Shown: piece after piece, positions 42,106 to 57,056 of the stretch
How positions within the stretch are numbered: position 1 is the first letter of the stretch
Layout of the letters: the number at the start of each line of letters is the position of its first letter
Assembly (NCBI GenBank): GCA_002104945.1
Contig: MCFH01000011.1
Coordinates: forward strand, 434,001-498,000
DNA length: 64,000 bases
From: Piromyces finnis finn
Lineage: Eukaryota > Fungi > Neocallimastigomycota
Reading direction: 5' to 3'
Position numbers and translations under genes: made by a program
Notes under the pieces: generated by a model
Seen by the model: only the letters and a program-made list of their open reading frames with translations
Database searches by the model: none
Told to the model about the DNA's origin: nothing

Positions 42106-43518
42106 ATGCTATGAAAAAATAATAAAAAAAATTATAAAATAAATGAAATATGAAGTCATTGTAATAAAATAAATGTAAATCATAATTCATAGCTCAAGAT
42201 AAATAATATTTACGCAAGAAAAAAAAATGAATGAAATTAACGTATAATGTATAGTTAAATCGTAAAATGTTAGAAATAGATAATTAAGTTTATAAATATC
42301 ATTTTATTATAATTAACACTTAGAGAAATTTATAACAACTTTATCAATAATATTAATTTAATTTTTTTTTAAAATTTTTAATTTAATTTTTATATATATT
42401 TTAATTCAATAAAAAAAAAATATATAAATAAAATAAATACACCTTTATAATAAGAAAGTTACTTTTTATTATTATTAAATTTTATTATTTATAAAAAGTT
42501 TCAATATATATGTATATAAAATCATAGATTGTATTGGTTTAACATAAATAATTATGTTTAATATAATGTGTAAATTTTGTTTCCAAAAATATAAAAGATT
42601 TTAATATGTATATTAAATCTTTTTATTATTATTAATATTATTATTTATTAACAAAGAATGTTAGTTTCCAAAAAATAGATATTATACATGTAAATGATTA
42701 AAGTGCTAACTTAATTATTTCTAATAAAATCATTTAAAAATTCTTTACAATTGATACAGTGCATGTGAATGATATCTATATTAATTAGACAATAAAGTTA
42801 AGGGCCTTATCTTATTTATAGAAATATTGTTATACGATTGATACAATACATAATACTATTTCTTTAGGCAAAATATCAGATAGACAAATACCTTTTTCTT
42901 CCCTTAATATAATTGTATTTTATATGTATATATATATATATGTTTCATGAACATATTTCAATTAATCGAACATATTTTCCTATTAACTACTATGACATAA
43001 ATTATACTTTAAGTGATATATATATTAAACTATTAAGCTTCCTATTTTAATTCATGCTTCAATATTTCATATATATTTGTTATTGTGAAAATAATAATAA
43101 TAACTGTAATAATAAAAAATAATATAATAAAAATTTAATATACATATTAATAATCTTTTATACTTGTAGAGCAAAAATTATTAAATATATTAAATCTAAT
43201 ATATAGTGAAAAAATTATAATAAGAATAATAAATGTACTTTAGTACTTTAAACTTTATTGAAGTACCTAACTATAAATTATTATTATTACATTTTATCAA
43301 AAAATCTCTTTTTACTTTATTCACACAGTAATTTAATAAAATATAACTCGAAAAAAAAAAAAATTTTTTTTTAAACTTTAAACTAGTTTATTATTATCAT
43401 TTTTGTTGGTTATTAAATGATACTAATTTAAAAAGTTTATAAGACATTTTTTCTTTCTTTTTTTTTTTTTTATTAGATTAAACTTTATTCATCGTTTTTT
43501 CTTTTTCATAATATTATA

Positions 43519-43660
<142 letters not shown>

Positions 43661-44334
43661 ATAATAATAATATTAATAACTGAATAAAAAAAAATAAAAA
43701 AAAAAGACAAAAAATTACAATTAAATTTGTTATATATAAAAATTTAATTATGATATCGAATAGATATTCATAACATTTAAAATAATTATGCACTTGTGTC
43801 TCTACTTAATTTGTGTATTGTTATTTTCATTTGCTACAAATACTAATATTATTAATTAAAATTTAATAAATTTTAATCAAAATAAATAGATAATGAAGAA
43901 TGCCAAATGACATAAATGAAAAAGTGTATTTTTAATTAACCTATATTTATATATAACCAATAACACTTTCATTTTTTAAAATTATACTATTTTTAACAAC
44001 TTTCTTTTTTTATTATTTATTTGATTTTATTACCTTTAATAGAATCAAAGTAGTACTAATTTTATTAATGCTACTCAATGTATATGTTTCTAATAAAAAA
44101 TAAAAATAAAAAGATAAAGTTATAATTAAATTAAATAATAAATTTGTTAAAGAAATTATTATATAAAGAAGGAATTTTTTTTTAACTTTTTTTTTTTTTG
44201 TTTTATTGTAAATATATATAAAAAAAATTATAATATACCCTTATCTACAATATACTTAATATTATACTTAAGTAAATATAATTATATAATATTAAAGATT
44301 AATTTTAATAAAATAGAAAAATAAAAATAAAAAA

Positions 44335-44964
44335 ATGTTCCAACAACATAATCTTTACGAAGATCCAAATCAATACAGAAGTGCTCCTCAAGCACAATCT
44401 CCACAAGTACAATCTCCATCTCAACCCGCTAATTCTTACACTATTGATATTGCACCACCTTCTTTTGCTTTATTACCAAATGCCCAACAACATATGGGTC
44501 AACCAGCACCAACATTTAATAGTTTCCAATCACCTTTACCTTCCCAACAATTATCACCATTAAGTCCTCCTTCTTCTTATACTACATCTTCTTATGCTCC
44601 ATCACCATCAATGGTTTCTCCTCTACCACAAAATAATTACATTTACCAACCAGTTAATAATGGTATGCCAAATTTATGTGGTAATATGCAACAGCCATCA
44701 ATATCAATGCCACAGCCACAAGCTGGCTTAGGAATGAATTATACTACTCCACAAGTAATTGATACCACTCCTCGCTTTTCTATTCCTCAACCATCAAACG
44801 GCATGATGTCACCATCACAAATGGTCTCACCATATAGTCCTGGTTTTACATCTACCTATCCAGGTCAACCATTAATGTCACCACAATCCGCTCAACCAAA
44901 TTATGCTGCTAGTACTACATCTCCACAATCCCAAATAAATTATAATCAATTAAATATGTACTAA
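44335..44964 (+). CDS. Pro/Ser/Gln-rich low-complexity protein, 209 aa
   Basis: Stop-free ORF with coding-like GC against about 90% AT flanks, ATG in an A-rich context, and many SP dipeptides. No domain recognised. Confidence 0.75.
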   Translation: MFQQHNLYEDPNQYRSAPQAQSPQVQSPSQPANSYTIDIAPPSFALLPNAQQHMGQPAPTFNSFQSPLPSQQLSPLSPPSSYTTSSYAPSPSMVSPLPQNNYIYQPVNNGMPNLCGNMQQPSISMPQPQAGLGMNYTTPQVIDTTPRFSIPQPSNGMMSPSQMVSPYSPGFTSTYPGQPLMSPQSAQPNYAASTTSPQSQINYNQLNMY

Positions 44965-46131
44965 GATTAAAGAATATTTAATGTGTATTATTATTATTTA
45001 TATATTTTTTTTTTAATTTTAATTCTCTATTTATATGAGATAATTTTAAAATAATTGTTAATTATTTTATAAAATTATTATACCAAGATTATTTCATTTT
45101 TTTTAAAATATATCTTTATATTGTTATTTAAATGACTTATGAAAATAATATATTTATAAATAAATATATATAAATTAAAACTTGTAATTTATTCCTTAAA
45201 AAAAAGTCCATAAAAATATAAAAGTAATATTTTCAATTTCTAAAGAGTTTTTTTAAAAGAAAAATAATTCAATAATTATTAAAAAAAAAAAAAAAGGAAA
45301 ACTTATTCACTAAAAGAAAGGCTTCTAATATATAAATTTATAATGTATGAATATTTTATTTATTCGTCTTATATTTTATAATATATTATATATAAAATTT
45401 TATTAGAAAGTAGACTCTTTTAATTATTATAGTTAATACATTTGGTTTATTTCATTATTATTTATTTTTACTTTTTTTTTTTTTTTTTTTTTTGATAATA
45501 ATCATATATTCATTTATTTCTATTTTATTATGATTTGATGGATCAATATAATAATGAAAGAAATCCTTTGTGGATAAAATTATTTCTATAATAATATCCC
45601 CTTATATTTTATGATTATATATATATAAGTTCATCATAACTTAATAATAAAGTTTAAAATATTTGATGCCGTTAAAAAAAAAAAAAATCATAACTTTTAT
45701 ATACACTTTTTTAATTCTACCATCTTCTTTCATGTATACTTAAATTATATGAATTAATTAAAATTTTCTATAATAAAAAATGTTATTATATTTTAATATT
45801 TCTCTCTTAATATCAAAATAGTTCTTCTAATCATCTTGTACTATAATAAACTTAAAACAAGAAGTCTTTATAATACTAATATAAAACATATTTAATAACA
45901 ATGTATTATTAACATTATATATTGTTATCTTTATTATAATCTATTTTTTATACATTAATTTATATTAACTTTATAATATAAATAATTAATAATTAATAAA
46001 ATCACAAAGTTTTTTATATCAGAATAAAATAAATAATTCCTATACTAGATTTTACCTATATGTATTTAATTATTTTTATATCATGCATTACATAGTAAAA
46101 AAAAAATATTTGATATAATTATTATGTAAAT

Positions 46132-47397
46132 CTACATCATAAATTTTAAATTTTGATCATTTTCTTTTAATCCTATTACAATTTTCATATATTTTCATAA
46201 AATCTTCTTTATTATCTGTAAATTCTTCAGCTGATAGTTTGAAATATATATCCATTTCATTTCCTCTATTTTTAATAATATAATATATTTTATCCCATGA
46301 ATAAAAGATGAATAATATCATATATCCAATAAAGTTTAATATGCTTTCAAAAGTAATTCTTTCATAACGTTCTTCCCTTAAAGCAAAATATCCAGCAATC
46401 TATATAAATAAAATAATATATTATTTAAAAAAAATATTACTAGATATATTTAACTCTATATTTATATCTTATTATTAATTTGTTAATTACTTACATTGAT
46501 TAATGGTCCTAATGAAATAATAACAAATGTTGCGTATGTTATATACTTTACACAAATAAATATATTCTCATTTACAATTGCTTTTCTTCCTCTTAAAAAT
46601 AATATTATTAAAAATATAAATGTTATTAAATTTATAAAAAAATCTGTATTGTCCAATTTACATTGATAAACCCAATAGTCTTGATTCTGAACTAGATCTA
46701 ATTTATTACTATATTTTAATATATTATATATACATATAGAAAATATAACAATTATATATCCAATGAAAACAACAATTGCTTCAACAAGTGAAGAATAAGC
46801 TTCCTTTTCTTTTACAAAGATAACAGTATTAACATTATCTGAACCTAATAAACTAAAATTTTTCGAGAATTTTACTTCACTATTGGTGTTTATTGTGGAT
46901 GCCTTATCTGAATTTTTATTTTTATTTAAATTTTCATTTGATTTTGATATGCCATTTTGTTTTTTATTAAATTCTTTTTCAAAATTAAGCAACGGATTTG
47001 AGGTTATAAAATTATTATATTTATTGTTTTTTCTTACTACTTTAATTCCCAAAATATAACTTTGAGTAATATAAATATATGAAATAAGTACTATTAATGA
47101 AACGCCAATATGTTTTAAAATAAAATTTAAAATGCACTCATATAACTCAGTGTAAGTGGAAAACAAGAAACTAAGCAAATAAATAATCAAACCAGTTGAT
47201 AACAATACAATTTTTAGATATCCGGTATTTTTAATGATACCCTGTTCTCTATGCCATTTTATAAATAGAAGATAAACTAAAATAATAACTACTGATGGAG
47301 CAACAATAATCATATTTAATTTTTTAATATTACTACAATAAATAATATATATATATAAATATATTAACAATTATTAGATATTAAAATAAATAATATA

Positions 47398-47434
<37 letters not shown>

Positions 47435-50400
47435 TTTATTATTACACATAATCAATATATATCTTATTTTCACAATTTGGTCCTTTCCATCCTGGTAAGC
47501 ATATGCACATGTTTTTGCTTTTATCATTTTTCCTTTCTTCATAAAATGGTTTACAATAGGCAGAAACGTTTATTGGACAATTGTCTTCACATTCCGGGTT
47601 TTCACAATATAACATATTATTTCTGTCGTACATTTTTATTTGATTTTCACCACAATTATTAATTTTAACTTTAATTATTGGGATATTTAGTTTAATTTCA
47701 TCATCATAGTTTTCGATAACCACTTTCAAGTAATAAATACTTGGTATTGCATAAATTTTAAAATTATTAAGATCACATCGACCTAATTAATTAACCATGA
47801 AATTATTATATCATAATAAATTCAAAATATATTAATAATTTTCATAGTCTCTTAAATATGGTTTAGGAATAGAAAATATATATAAATTACCGTTAATGAA
47901 TGACCCTATATTTCCTAATAGTATCATATCTTTTGATTTTATATTCAAATCTTTACTGTTATTACTATTATTATTACTATTATTTAAATTGTCTTCTGAT
48001 TCTAAAATTACTTTTAATGTAATTGATGAGTAATATTTCGTTACATCTTTTAAGATATTATCATATCCATCAAATAATGTAAATTTTAAAGGTAAATAAT
48101 CCCCTGAATATATATTTGCTATATAATAATCAGATTCTTTTTGTAGTGTTGTATTCATTGTAATATAAGAAGGTTTTGTACTAAAATCATTATTATAATT
48201 ACTTTCTAAATAATAGCTTTCTTTATTGATTATATTTTTATAATAATAATCCTTGATAAAAACACCACCTCCATCAATTCCAGCTTTATTAAATGTAATT
48301 TTATTATTTTTAGCATTATTTATATCCAAGTGATTAAAATTAGAATATATAGCACCACCAAAATTTTCTGCAATATTCCGATTGAAAATATTATTTTCTA
48401 TATTTAATCCTTTATTTTCATTACTTGGTATATCTTCTAAATATAAGGCTCCACCATTACTTCCACTATTTCCATCAAAAGTATTAGACATTAAATTAAG
48501 CTCCATACTATTAATATTATCTAAACAACTAAATTTTAATTTATTTTTTCAGTATTTCCATATTGATATATTTTATATTAATATTTATAGTAATTATTAT
48601 TTAATATTTAAATTAGAATAGCATACATTGCTCCACCATTACTTTTCGAAATATTATTAATAAATTTTGAATTTGATACTGATAAATCCAAATTATGACT
48701 GAAATGAATATTTCCACAATTTAACTTATTATTATTAACATTTTTTGTGAAATTACTATTAGATATAACTGCTTTTGACTTTATATTCCATAATGATAAT
48801 TACATATTATAATTTTGAAAAAATAAAATTAAATTAGTATAATTATATTAACTTACTATAAATAATATATTAATAATAATAATGTTGTTGTTGTTGTTGA
48901 TATTATTAATATCATTCATACAACACATAATTATATAATAATAAATTTAAATAAATATAAATAATAATTACATTTCTCGATGAATTTTCTATTATTGATC
49001 CATAAGATACAATATTATTAATATTTATATTTTCTATATTGATATCATTTTGATTACCCTTTATTTTAATCAATGAATCATTAGCTATTCCATCATTAAT
49101 ATTTACATTATTAAGCGATAGTTTTTGCCTTTTTTCTCCTGAATCGAAAACAATCAATGAAGTGTCTCCATTTGATCCCATACAATTTATTCCTTCAAAA
49201 TTTGTATTACTTATATCTAAATCATTAAAATGAATATAAATAATAGGATTTGAATTTGACTTTATATTATTAAAATTAACATTAATGAGTTTAAGCGATG
49301 TTTCTTCATTAAATAATGGCTTGTTTATACTATAATATTATATATATATATTGGTTTATTAAATAATGAATACTTATTTTTATTATATTTACAATAAATA
49401 TATTATTTTTATTATAGGATAATACTCTATATTGTTAAAATTTGAATCTGAAATTTGAAAATGTGTATATTTTATATCAGATATTGCAGGTATTGCATTC
49501 AATAAAGTTATATTATTAAATAATGAATTTGAAATAATGTAAGCGTTGGATTCTCTCGATACTCCTGTAAATATGCCACTTGTACCTATAAAATTATTAT
49601 ATTATATTATTTTTCAACATATTTTTATTAGTAATAATACTCATTTACTCATTTTATAATTAAAATAGATCCTTAGTTTAATAATATTTAATATAATTAC
49701 TTTCAAAAACAGAATCAGATATATTAATATAATTTCCATTTTTAACATTATTTTTAATTTCAAACAAATGCCCAAACTCAGAATAGCAATCTGTAAATGT
49801 TGAATTATTAATTCTATGGATATACAAAATCGATTTAAATAATAATATAATAGTATTGTATTATTGCATTATTATTATAATGTATTTTATTAATAATTCT
49901 TATTTTTATTCTAATATTAAATATAAATTATTTACTCTATGGTTATTGAAACTCCTTCAATAAATGGGAAATGTCTTTGTATATTAATATTTTCAAATAC
50001 GGAATTTGAAATGATAAGTTTGTCTGTGCCTTTTAATGTACTAAAGAAAGCGCCTAATGTTAATTCATCTGTATCCATATCAATTGTTGAAAAATAACCT
50101 TGATTTTTAAAGAAAAAAAAAAATAGGATAAATATTATAGTTAATAAGACATAATTACAATACTATAGATTTATTTTTATTATATATTATTTATTTATAT
50201 ATAGATTATATAATTATATATTTACATCTTTCATACTCGTATATCATATAAGAATATGAATAGAATAATCCTCTATTATTATTAAAATAGCAATCTTGGA
50301 ATTTTACTGTAAATGCATCGGGTACATGATTTTCATTGTGGGCATACGTAATTCTATGTTTATTATTTCTATTATACCATTTAAATTTTATTTATAAAAT

Positions 50401-51039
50401 AATTTTTAAAAAAAAAAATTTAAAATTATGAATTTGAAGTAAACTATTGAAATTGTATAAATAATAATATTACATAAAATTACAATGATCAAATAATACA
50501 AATGGTGCATTATTATCATTCTTATTTACAGAACATCGAACATCAATTCTAAAAAGTTTATACTCATTTTCGGTGAAAGTACAATTCTTTACCAAAAATT
50601 GAAACTTATCAGAATAACCTCTTACAAACATAATTTGTACACCATCTGTTGCAACACCACCAACCGAGTAATTCTTAAATATAATATTTTCTAATGTAAA
50701 TAATTCACCTTTATTACTATCCACACTATTAATAGATATAAAGAAGCATCCTCTTTTAGTATAATTATAATTAAAAATTGTTCCATTTTCATTTCCTAAA
50801 AATGTTACTTTATTAATAATATTTATATTTATATTAAACCAAAGTAAAGACATATCGTAGACCGGATCACCGAAATATATAATCAATTCATCCTCATGTT
50901 GGTTATTATTTATAATTTCATCTAATTTAAAATCTTCACTAAAATCTTCATTTTTTATTGATATTCTTTTTCCATATGTTAATATCATAAATAATATTGT
51001 ATATGTACTCCATAACAGAAATTTACATTTCTTCTTCAT
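46132..51039 (-). CDS. Multi-exon GPCR-like receptor: signal peptide, GGA-repeat beta-helix (pectin-lyase-like) ectodomain, EGF-like module, 7TM region
   Basis: N-terminal hydrophobic leader; GGALY/GGAIY/GGGVF repeats (47832-48506); CICLPGWKGPNCE (47442-47729); TM helices in 46483-47370. The last exon IAGYFALREE...KFMM ends with TAG at 46132. Internal exon boundaries are approximate. Confidence 0.75.
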
Positions 51040-51065
51040 TTTGATTTATATTATAAATAAATTAT

Positions 51066-51096
<31 letters not shown>

Positions 51097-52564
51097 TTTT
51101 TTAAGTTTTTTAAAATCTTTATTTTAACCTTTTTTCTTTTTCTTATTTAAACTTCTCTTTTTTATTCAACATTTTTAAATTTATGGTATTTATTTTATGA
51201 TATTTTTTTTAAATATATAAATCATCTTTATCTTTAATACAATTCTTAATATTTTTTGCCGATTTATTTAACTTAAATTATACAATTTATAATAATAAAC
51301 TTTTAAATGCCAACATTATATATAGACTAATTTTTCAAAATAGAAAACATGGACAAAAGAAAATCTTATTATTATAAAATTATGTATGTACTAAACTATA
51401 AAATAATGTCGTCTATTTTCTAATTTCATTATTATTAAATAAATATATATTAATAAAAATTACATTTTATATATATATTATATATATCTAATAATAATAT
51501 AAATTAATAATAAATTTTACTCTTTTATTTTTTCATATTAAATACATAAACAACAGCAAAATAATTTCTGGATTTGCGTCTTCCTACAATATTTGTTATA
51601 AATAATCAATTTAAGTGAAAAAGATTTTTTAAAAAAAAAAAAAAACTTTAATTTAAAATATATATATATATTTTAAGAAAATTAAAATAAATTAAAATTT
51701 TAAAGTAAAAATTATATATTTTGGTAAATTATTAATATTTTTATAATTAAAACAATTCTCAAATATATAATATTATAAAACACAGTTAATATATATAATC
51801 AATATTCAATGATATATAAAAGTACATTTAATATTATAAATACAATATATATATACAAAAAATAGGTATCATTTTATGTTTTTTAAATCATATTGATCTT
51901 AAAAATATAATGATAATGTTATATATAAAGATTTATAGTTAAAGCAAAGAACTCTTTTCCATATCTCAATAAAATAATTCTTTCATTATATTTTAAAGTT
52001 GAATCTCCAATAAATAAATAAATTATCTTTTGACTTAAAACAAATGTTAAGTATATTCAATAAGTATAATATTATATATATTATTATTATTTACTTGCAT
52101 CAATAGATGAACAAAAAAACAATAATTTTATATATATATTCTATTTAAATAAATATATAAATAAAAAGAAAACTCAACCTTTTTTATATATAGTTTATTT
52201 TTATTAATTTATATTATTAAATTGTTTAATTATTGTGCATTAATGTGTGTATAATATTATGAAAAAAAAAATAAATAAAATAAAATAAAGAAATAAATAT
52301 AACAAAATAAAATAAAATTAAACTATATAATAGAAAAAAGTAATATATTCTATTTTTTTTTTTTTTAATTTTATTTTTTTTTTAAAAAATGGATATATAT
52401 ATGTATATAAAAAAAATATATTCAATTAAAGAGGATAAGTGCTATTGAATGAAAAGAAATATATATATTTATAAAAAATAAATGAATAAATGGATAAAAA
52501 ATTAATAATAAATGATGATAAATAAAAAAAAAAAAAAGATAAAATTCTTTTCTATCCTCCTAAT

Positions 52565-55500
52565 CTATTGCATATGAATTTCCATTTCACTAATCTTAGA
52601 ATAAATGTCACCTGGCATTCGGAACTGTATACTACCAGCAAATACAGCAATAACTCTAGCTTTTCTTTGTAAATCTATCATTTTTGCTTGTCTGGTTTCA
52701 TCATTATAAGTACTTTGTTTATATTGGCACCACATATTATGAACACATGACATAATAATAACTAAAATTTCTGGGAAATTCTTTGCAATATTTTCATCTA
52801 AATTTCTAAATTCATTAGCCTTTTTCATAATAGTGGCCATATCCTTATCAAATGGAATAAGTGAAAGAGTTTCAAAGACATGAATAGCTTGTTCTAATTT
52901 GTTTTCTTTCCAATAATTCATGAATTTTAATAATCCTAGTAGAATGGTACAAGTGGTTCTATTCTTTTCACTAATAGTACAATAAATAGATTGTTGTTGA
53001 AGATAATATGAAAGAATTTTTTCGGCCATCTCAACAGAAATAATATCATAATTAGAACTTGTTGTCTTATCTAATGATGTAGACATTATGTGAGATATAT
53101 CATTTTGTCCAAACTTCTTGGTACCGTCTTGAGAATTACCAGACTTTTGTACGACTGAAAGTTGAACACGTTCATTCTTTAAGGAAATGGAACGGTTTAA
53201 TGGATCACTATATTTGATTGTTATATTATTTGATGTCATAGCTGTCTTTGTTGGTGATAAAGAAATTCCATTAGAGATAAAGGTATTTGAGTATTTGTAT
53301 TGAGCAATAGCATCACCTAACTGTTTGTTTAATAAACGAATAACATGATTATATTCTTTTGCCATATTGAAAAGAACAATGGCATCATTAATACGACCAT
53401 CATCATTACATTGATGGGCAGCTACTTTAGTGATTTTTTCAATGAACTCTTGTGATGAATGGATATAGATAAGTTTGGAATGTTTTTCAACATCTTGAAG
53501 AACCTTATTACCCACAATATTAGCTTCACCCTTTGAATCAACAAATTCATTTCTTTCAAGAATAATTTCGCATATATACATATAGGTTAAATCTGTGTAA
53601 TATTTACCTGATTGATAGATAATGTCAGAATAATAGTTATTATATTTCTTGGAATAATCAATACCATAAAGAGCAACAATGTAAATGTAATTAAGAATGG
53701 TAGAGGTATCAAACATTTTTAAGGAACGACAATATTGATGAATTAAACGTGAGAAGTTGAATTGGATGGTATTGGTAGATCTATTCATAGTTAAAAGACC
53801 AGTTTCTAAATTATTTGGTTTTAAAGGTACTCTCAATAAGCCATAATAAGCTAATACAATAGCAAAGTGAACAGCTTCAACTTGATATTTTTCAATAGAA
53901 AATAAATAAGCAATTGCCTTTTCAAATTCACCACACATAAGAAGAACGTAAAACCATTGAAGACCTTTTTGGAAAAATCCTGGACCATATTGTTGCATGG
54001 TTTGACTCATTTCACTAAGTCCATAACGTTCTTGGTTTGGTTCATCAGTTAAATGACTTTCTTGAACAAGAATTAAATGGAACCACATATAATCTTCAAC
54101 AGTTGGCATAACAATATCTCCTGGAATTTTCTTATAAGTCATATCACAACGACCAATAATCTTATATAATGCATATTTGAATGGATCACCATGAACTTCA
54201 TTAGTAACTGGATCAATAATATAACGAATATGTTCATTCCATTCTGTTAATAAACGATTTCTTAAATACTTAGAAAGCTTTTTATCTGGACTTTCTAACC
54301 AAGCCTTAAAATAGTCAACAAAATTTGAATCTTCTTCACGAGACCGAAGTTCATGTTCAATAGATATAACATATTTAAGAGCATCATTATAATGACCAGA
54401 ACGAATTAAATAATAAATTTGAGCCCAAACTGGGGTATTATTAATAAGTTCAAAGATTGGATTTTCCCATTCACCATACTTTTTAAATGTGATATTTAGA
54501 AAAGCGCGTATTTTTTGAATAACACCTGGTTTACCACCAAGCATAGCTTCTTTTGGATTTTTAATAATTTTATTTTCAATCCATTTCCAGAAAAAGTTTT
54601 CAAGATATTTTCTTGCACCATCTGTAATCATTTTTCTTATTTCAATATTATCAATTGCACTAATTGGGCCATCAACTTCTTTATTATAAATATTATATAA
54701 TCCATTCTTATCTGCCTTTCTAAATTTACTTAATTTTTGTTCATTAATAATAGATGATAATAACTCCCATGATTCGACAATTGAGCTAATTCTATAATCA
54801 TTATTACTGTTATTGGAGCTGTTGCTATTTTTATTTAATAATGATGAATCTAATTGAACTGCACATTGTTTTAAATTTGAAATTAAATTGAATGATTCAT
54901 CCTTTATTCTAGCATTATTGAATTTTTCTATTATTTCAACGTATTTCTTCTTTTTATTTATTAATAAATTTTGACTTTCAGAAGTAAATCCTTTTATAAA
55001 AAAAAAATAATTTAACATTCATTTTTAGAATTACAATAACATAATAATAATTTTATTATAAAATAAATATTTATAGTTACCATGATTAGTATTATAACCT
55101 AATGAGCTTTCATTATCTATTTTATAAATAATTTAAATATAATAATATAAAAAAAAAAAAAAGATTAAATATTATTGATTTTAAAAGGTAAATTACAGAA
55201 AAAAAAATAATGTATATATTTTAATGTATTCTCACAGTTAGAGAATATAAAAAATAATAATATAAATTAATAGTGGCTTACTTGTACTTTGGTGAGAAGT
55301 ATTACTTGTATTATTAATGTCATCAATATTGACAGAGTATTGAACAAGTTCTTCTAAAATCCTCTGTTTAGTTTTTTCCCAAGAATCATAAATTGAATTT
55401 TCATATGAATCACTATTATCTTTTGCTGTTTGTGATTTACTCTTTTCAAAAGAATGATAAATAATACTATCTAATTCGGTATTTAAAGATGCTTCTATAT

Positions 55501-55777
55501 CAGTATCATTAATAGGTTGTTGATATTCATATGTATAATTTAAAGTTAAATTATTTAATACTTGTGAAATATGTTCTGCATCAAAACCCTTATTAGCTAA
55601 TAAATAATGAGCCCTTGAATCAATACCACTATCATCTTTTGAAGCTTTTGCAACAAGCTTTCTAGTTTGTAATTCTATTTGATCGAGATTTTTTTTCAAA
55701 GGCGTTAATCCATTATTTAATATGTGACTAATTAGTTGATGTGAATTTTCTAATAATATATTGAAATCGGATTTCAT
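52565..55777 (-). CDS. NIC96: Nucleoporin Nic96/Nup93, join(55777..55282,55116..55081,54990..52565)
   Basis: N-terminal FNILLENSHQL...LDQIELQTRKL; PVWAQIYYLIRSG, DPFKYALYKIIGRCD, TVEDYMWFHL, VEAVHFAIVLAYYGLL; C-terminal FAGSIQFRMPGDIYSKI. A 36-nt middle exon keeps the frame. Confidence 0.93.
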
Positions 55778-56151
55778 CTTTCCTTTAAGCAAATTAAAAT
55801 CTTTAAAAAAATCTAAAAAATCGGAATATTGATGAATTTTAGAATTAAACTTTTGATATTTGTATTATTATTTTTTAAGAAAAAATAAAATAATTCATAC
55901 GATGAACTATATTTATTAGATTTCAATATAGGTATATATAATAATAATTAAAACGAAAATGTACATATATATTATAATATTATAAATATAAAATAATATA
56001 ATATATAGTTAGTATTAATCCAATAATAAATAATTTTGATACTTTAAAAAAGGAAGAAATTTTATTTAAATTGAATATTGACTTTAAAATTATATAATTT
56101 TAAATTTATATAAATTTAAAATTAAATTTATATTTCATAAAATCATTGGGG

Positions 56152-56191
<40 letters not shown>

Positions 56192-57056
56192 TGAATTTAA
56201 TTAACTATAGTAAATTTGTAAATTCTTATTTAGTTGACTTAATAATCATTTACAATAATTAATATTTTTGTTTAGTTATTCTATTTTATTATTAAAATAT
56301 AATACTATGTATTAATTCTTTTCATTTTTCTTTGATTATACTTCATATATATATTTTTTTTGAATATTGAATTTCTTTATGCCCATTGGATATTATATTA
56401 TAATTATAAAGCAATATACATATATTGTCTTATACATATGCGAGTTTTAATTCTGCTTACATTTTTAAAATTTCCTTAAATACAAATTATTGATGTACGA
56501 TTCTTTAAAAGATTTTAGTTTTTTAAAAAAAAAGTTTTACAAACAAAATTTTTATAAAAAAAAAAAAAAGATTCACTAGTTGTTTCCACGTGATTTATAC
56601 ATTGAAAACAATGTAAATGTAGTTTTTATGTAATGTATAATAAGAAAAAAAAAATTTTTTAAAGTTTTATTATTTTATTATTGAGATATATTTACATTTG
56701 TTGATTAATTTTTTTTTTTTTTTTTTAAATACTAATTTCAAAATAAATGAATAAATGAATAGTATTTGATATAAAAATGGGTTTTTAGCCTTATTATATA
56801 CTATATAAATATTAAAAAACTAATAAATTTTCATTAATTTCATTAAATACTTTTACTTTATTAAAATCTAAAAAAAAAAAAAAAAATTAAATACAAAGAA
56901 AATTTAAAAAAAAAAAATATTTAAAAAAGAAATAAAAAAGATTCATGATTTTTATGATATAAATTACTATAATGGTGTGACGAAAAAGTATATATTTTAT
57001 AAACTTAAAATAAATAAATAATAATTAAAATAATTTAATAATATTAAATTCATTAT

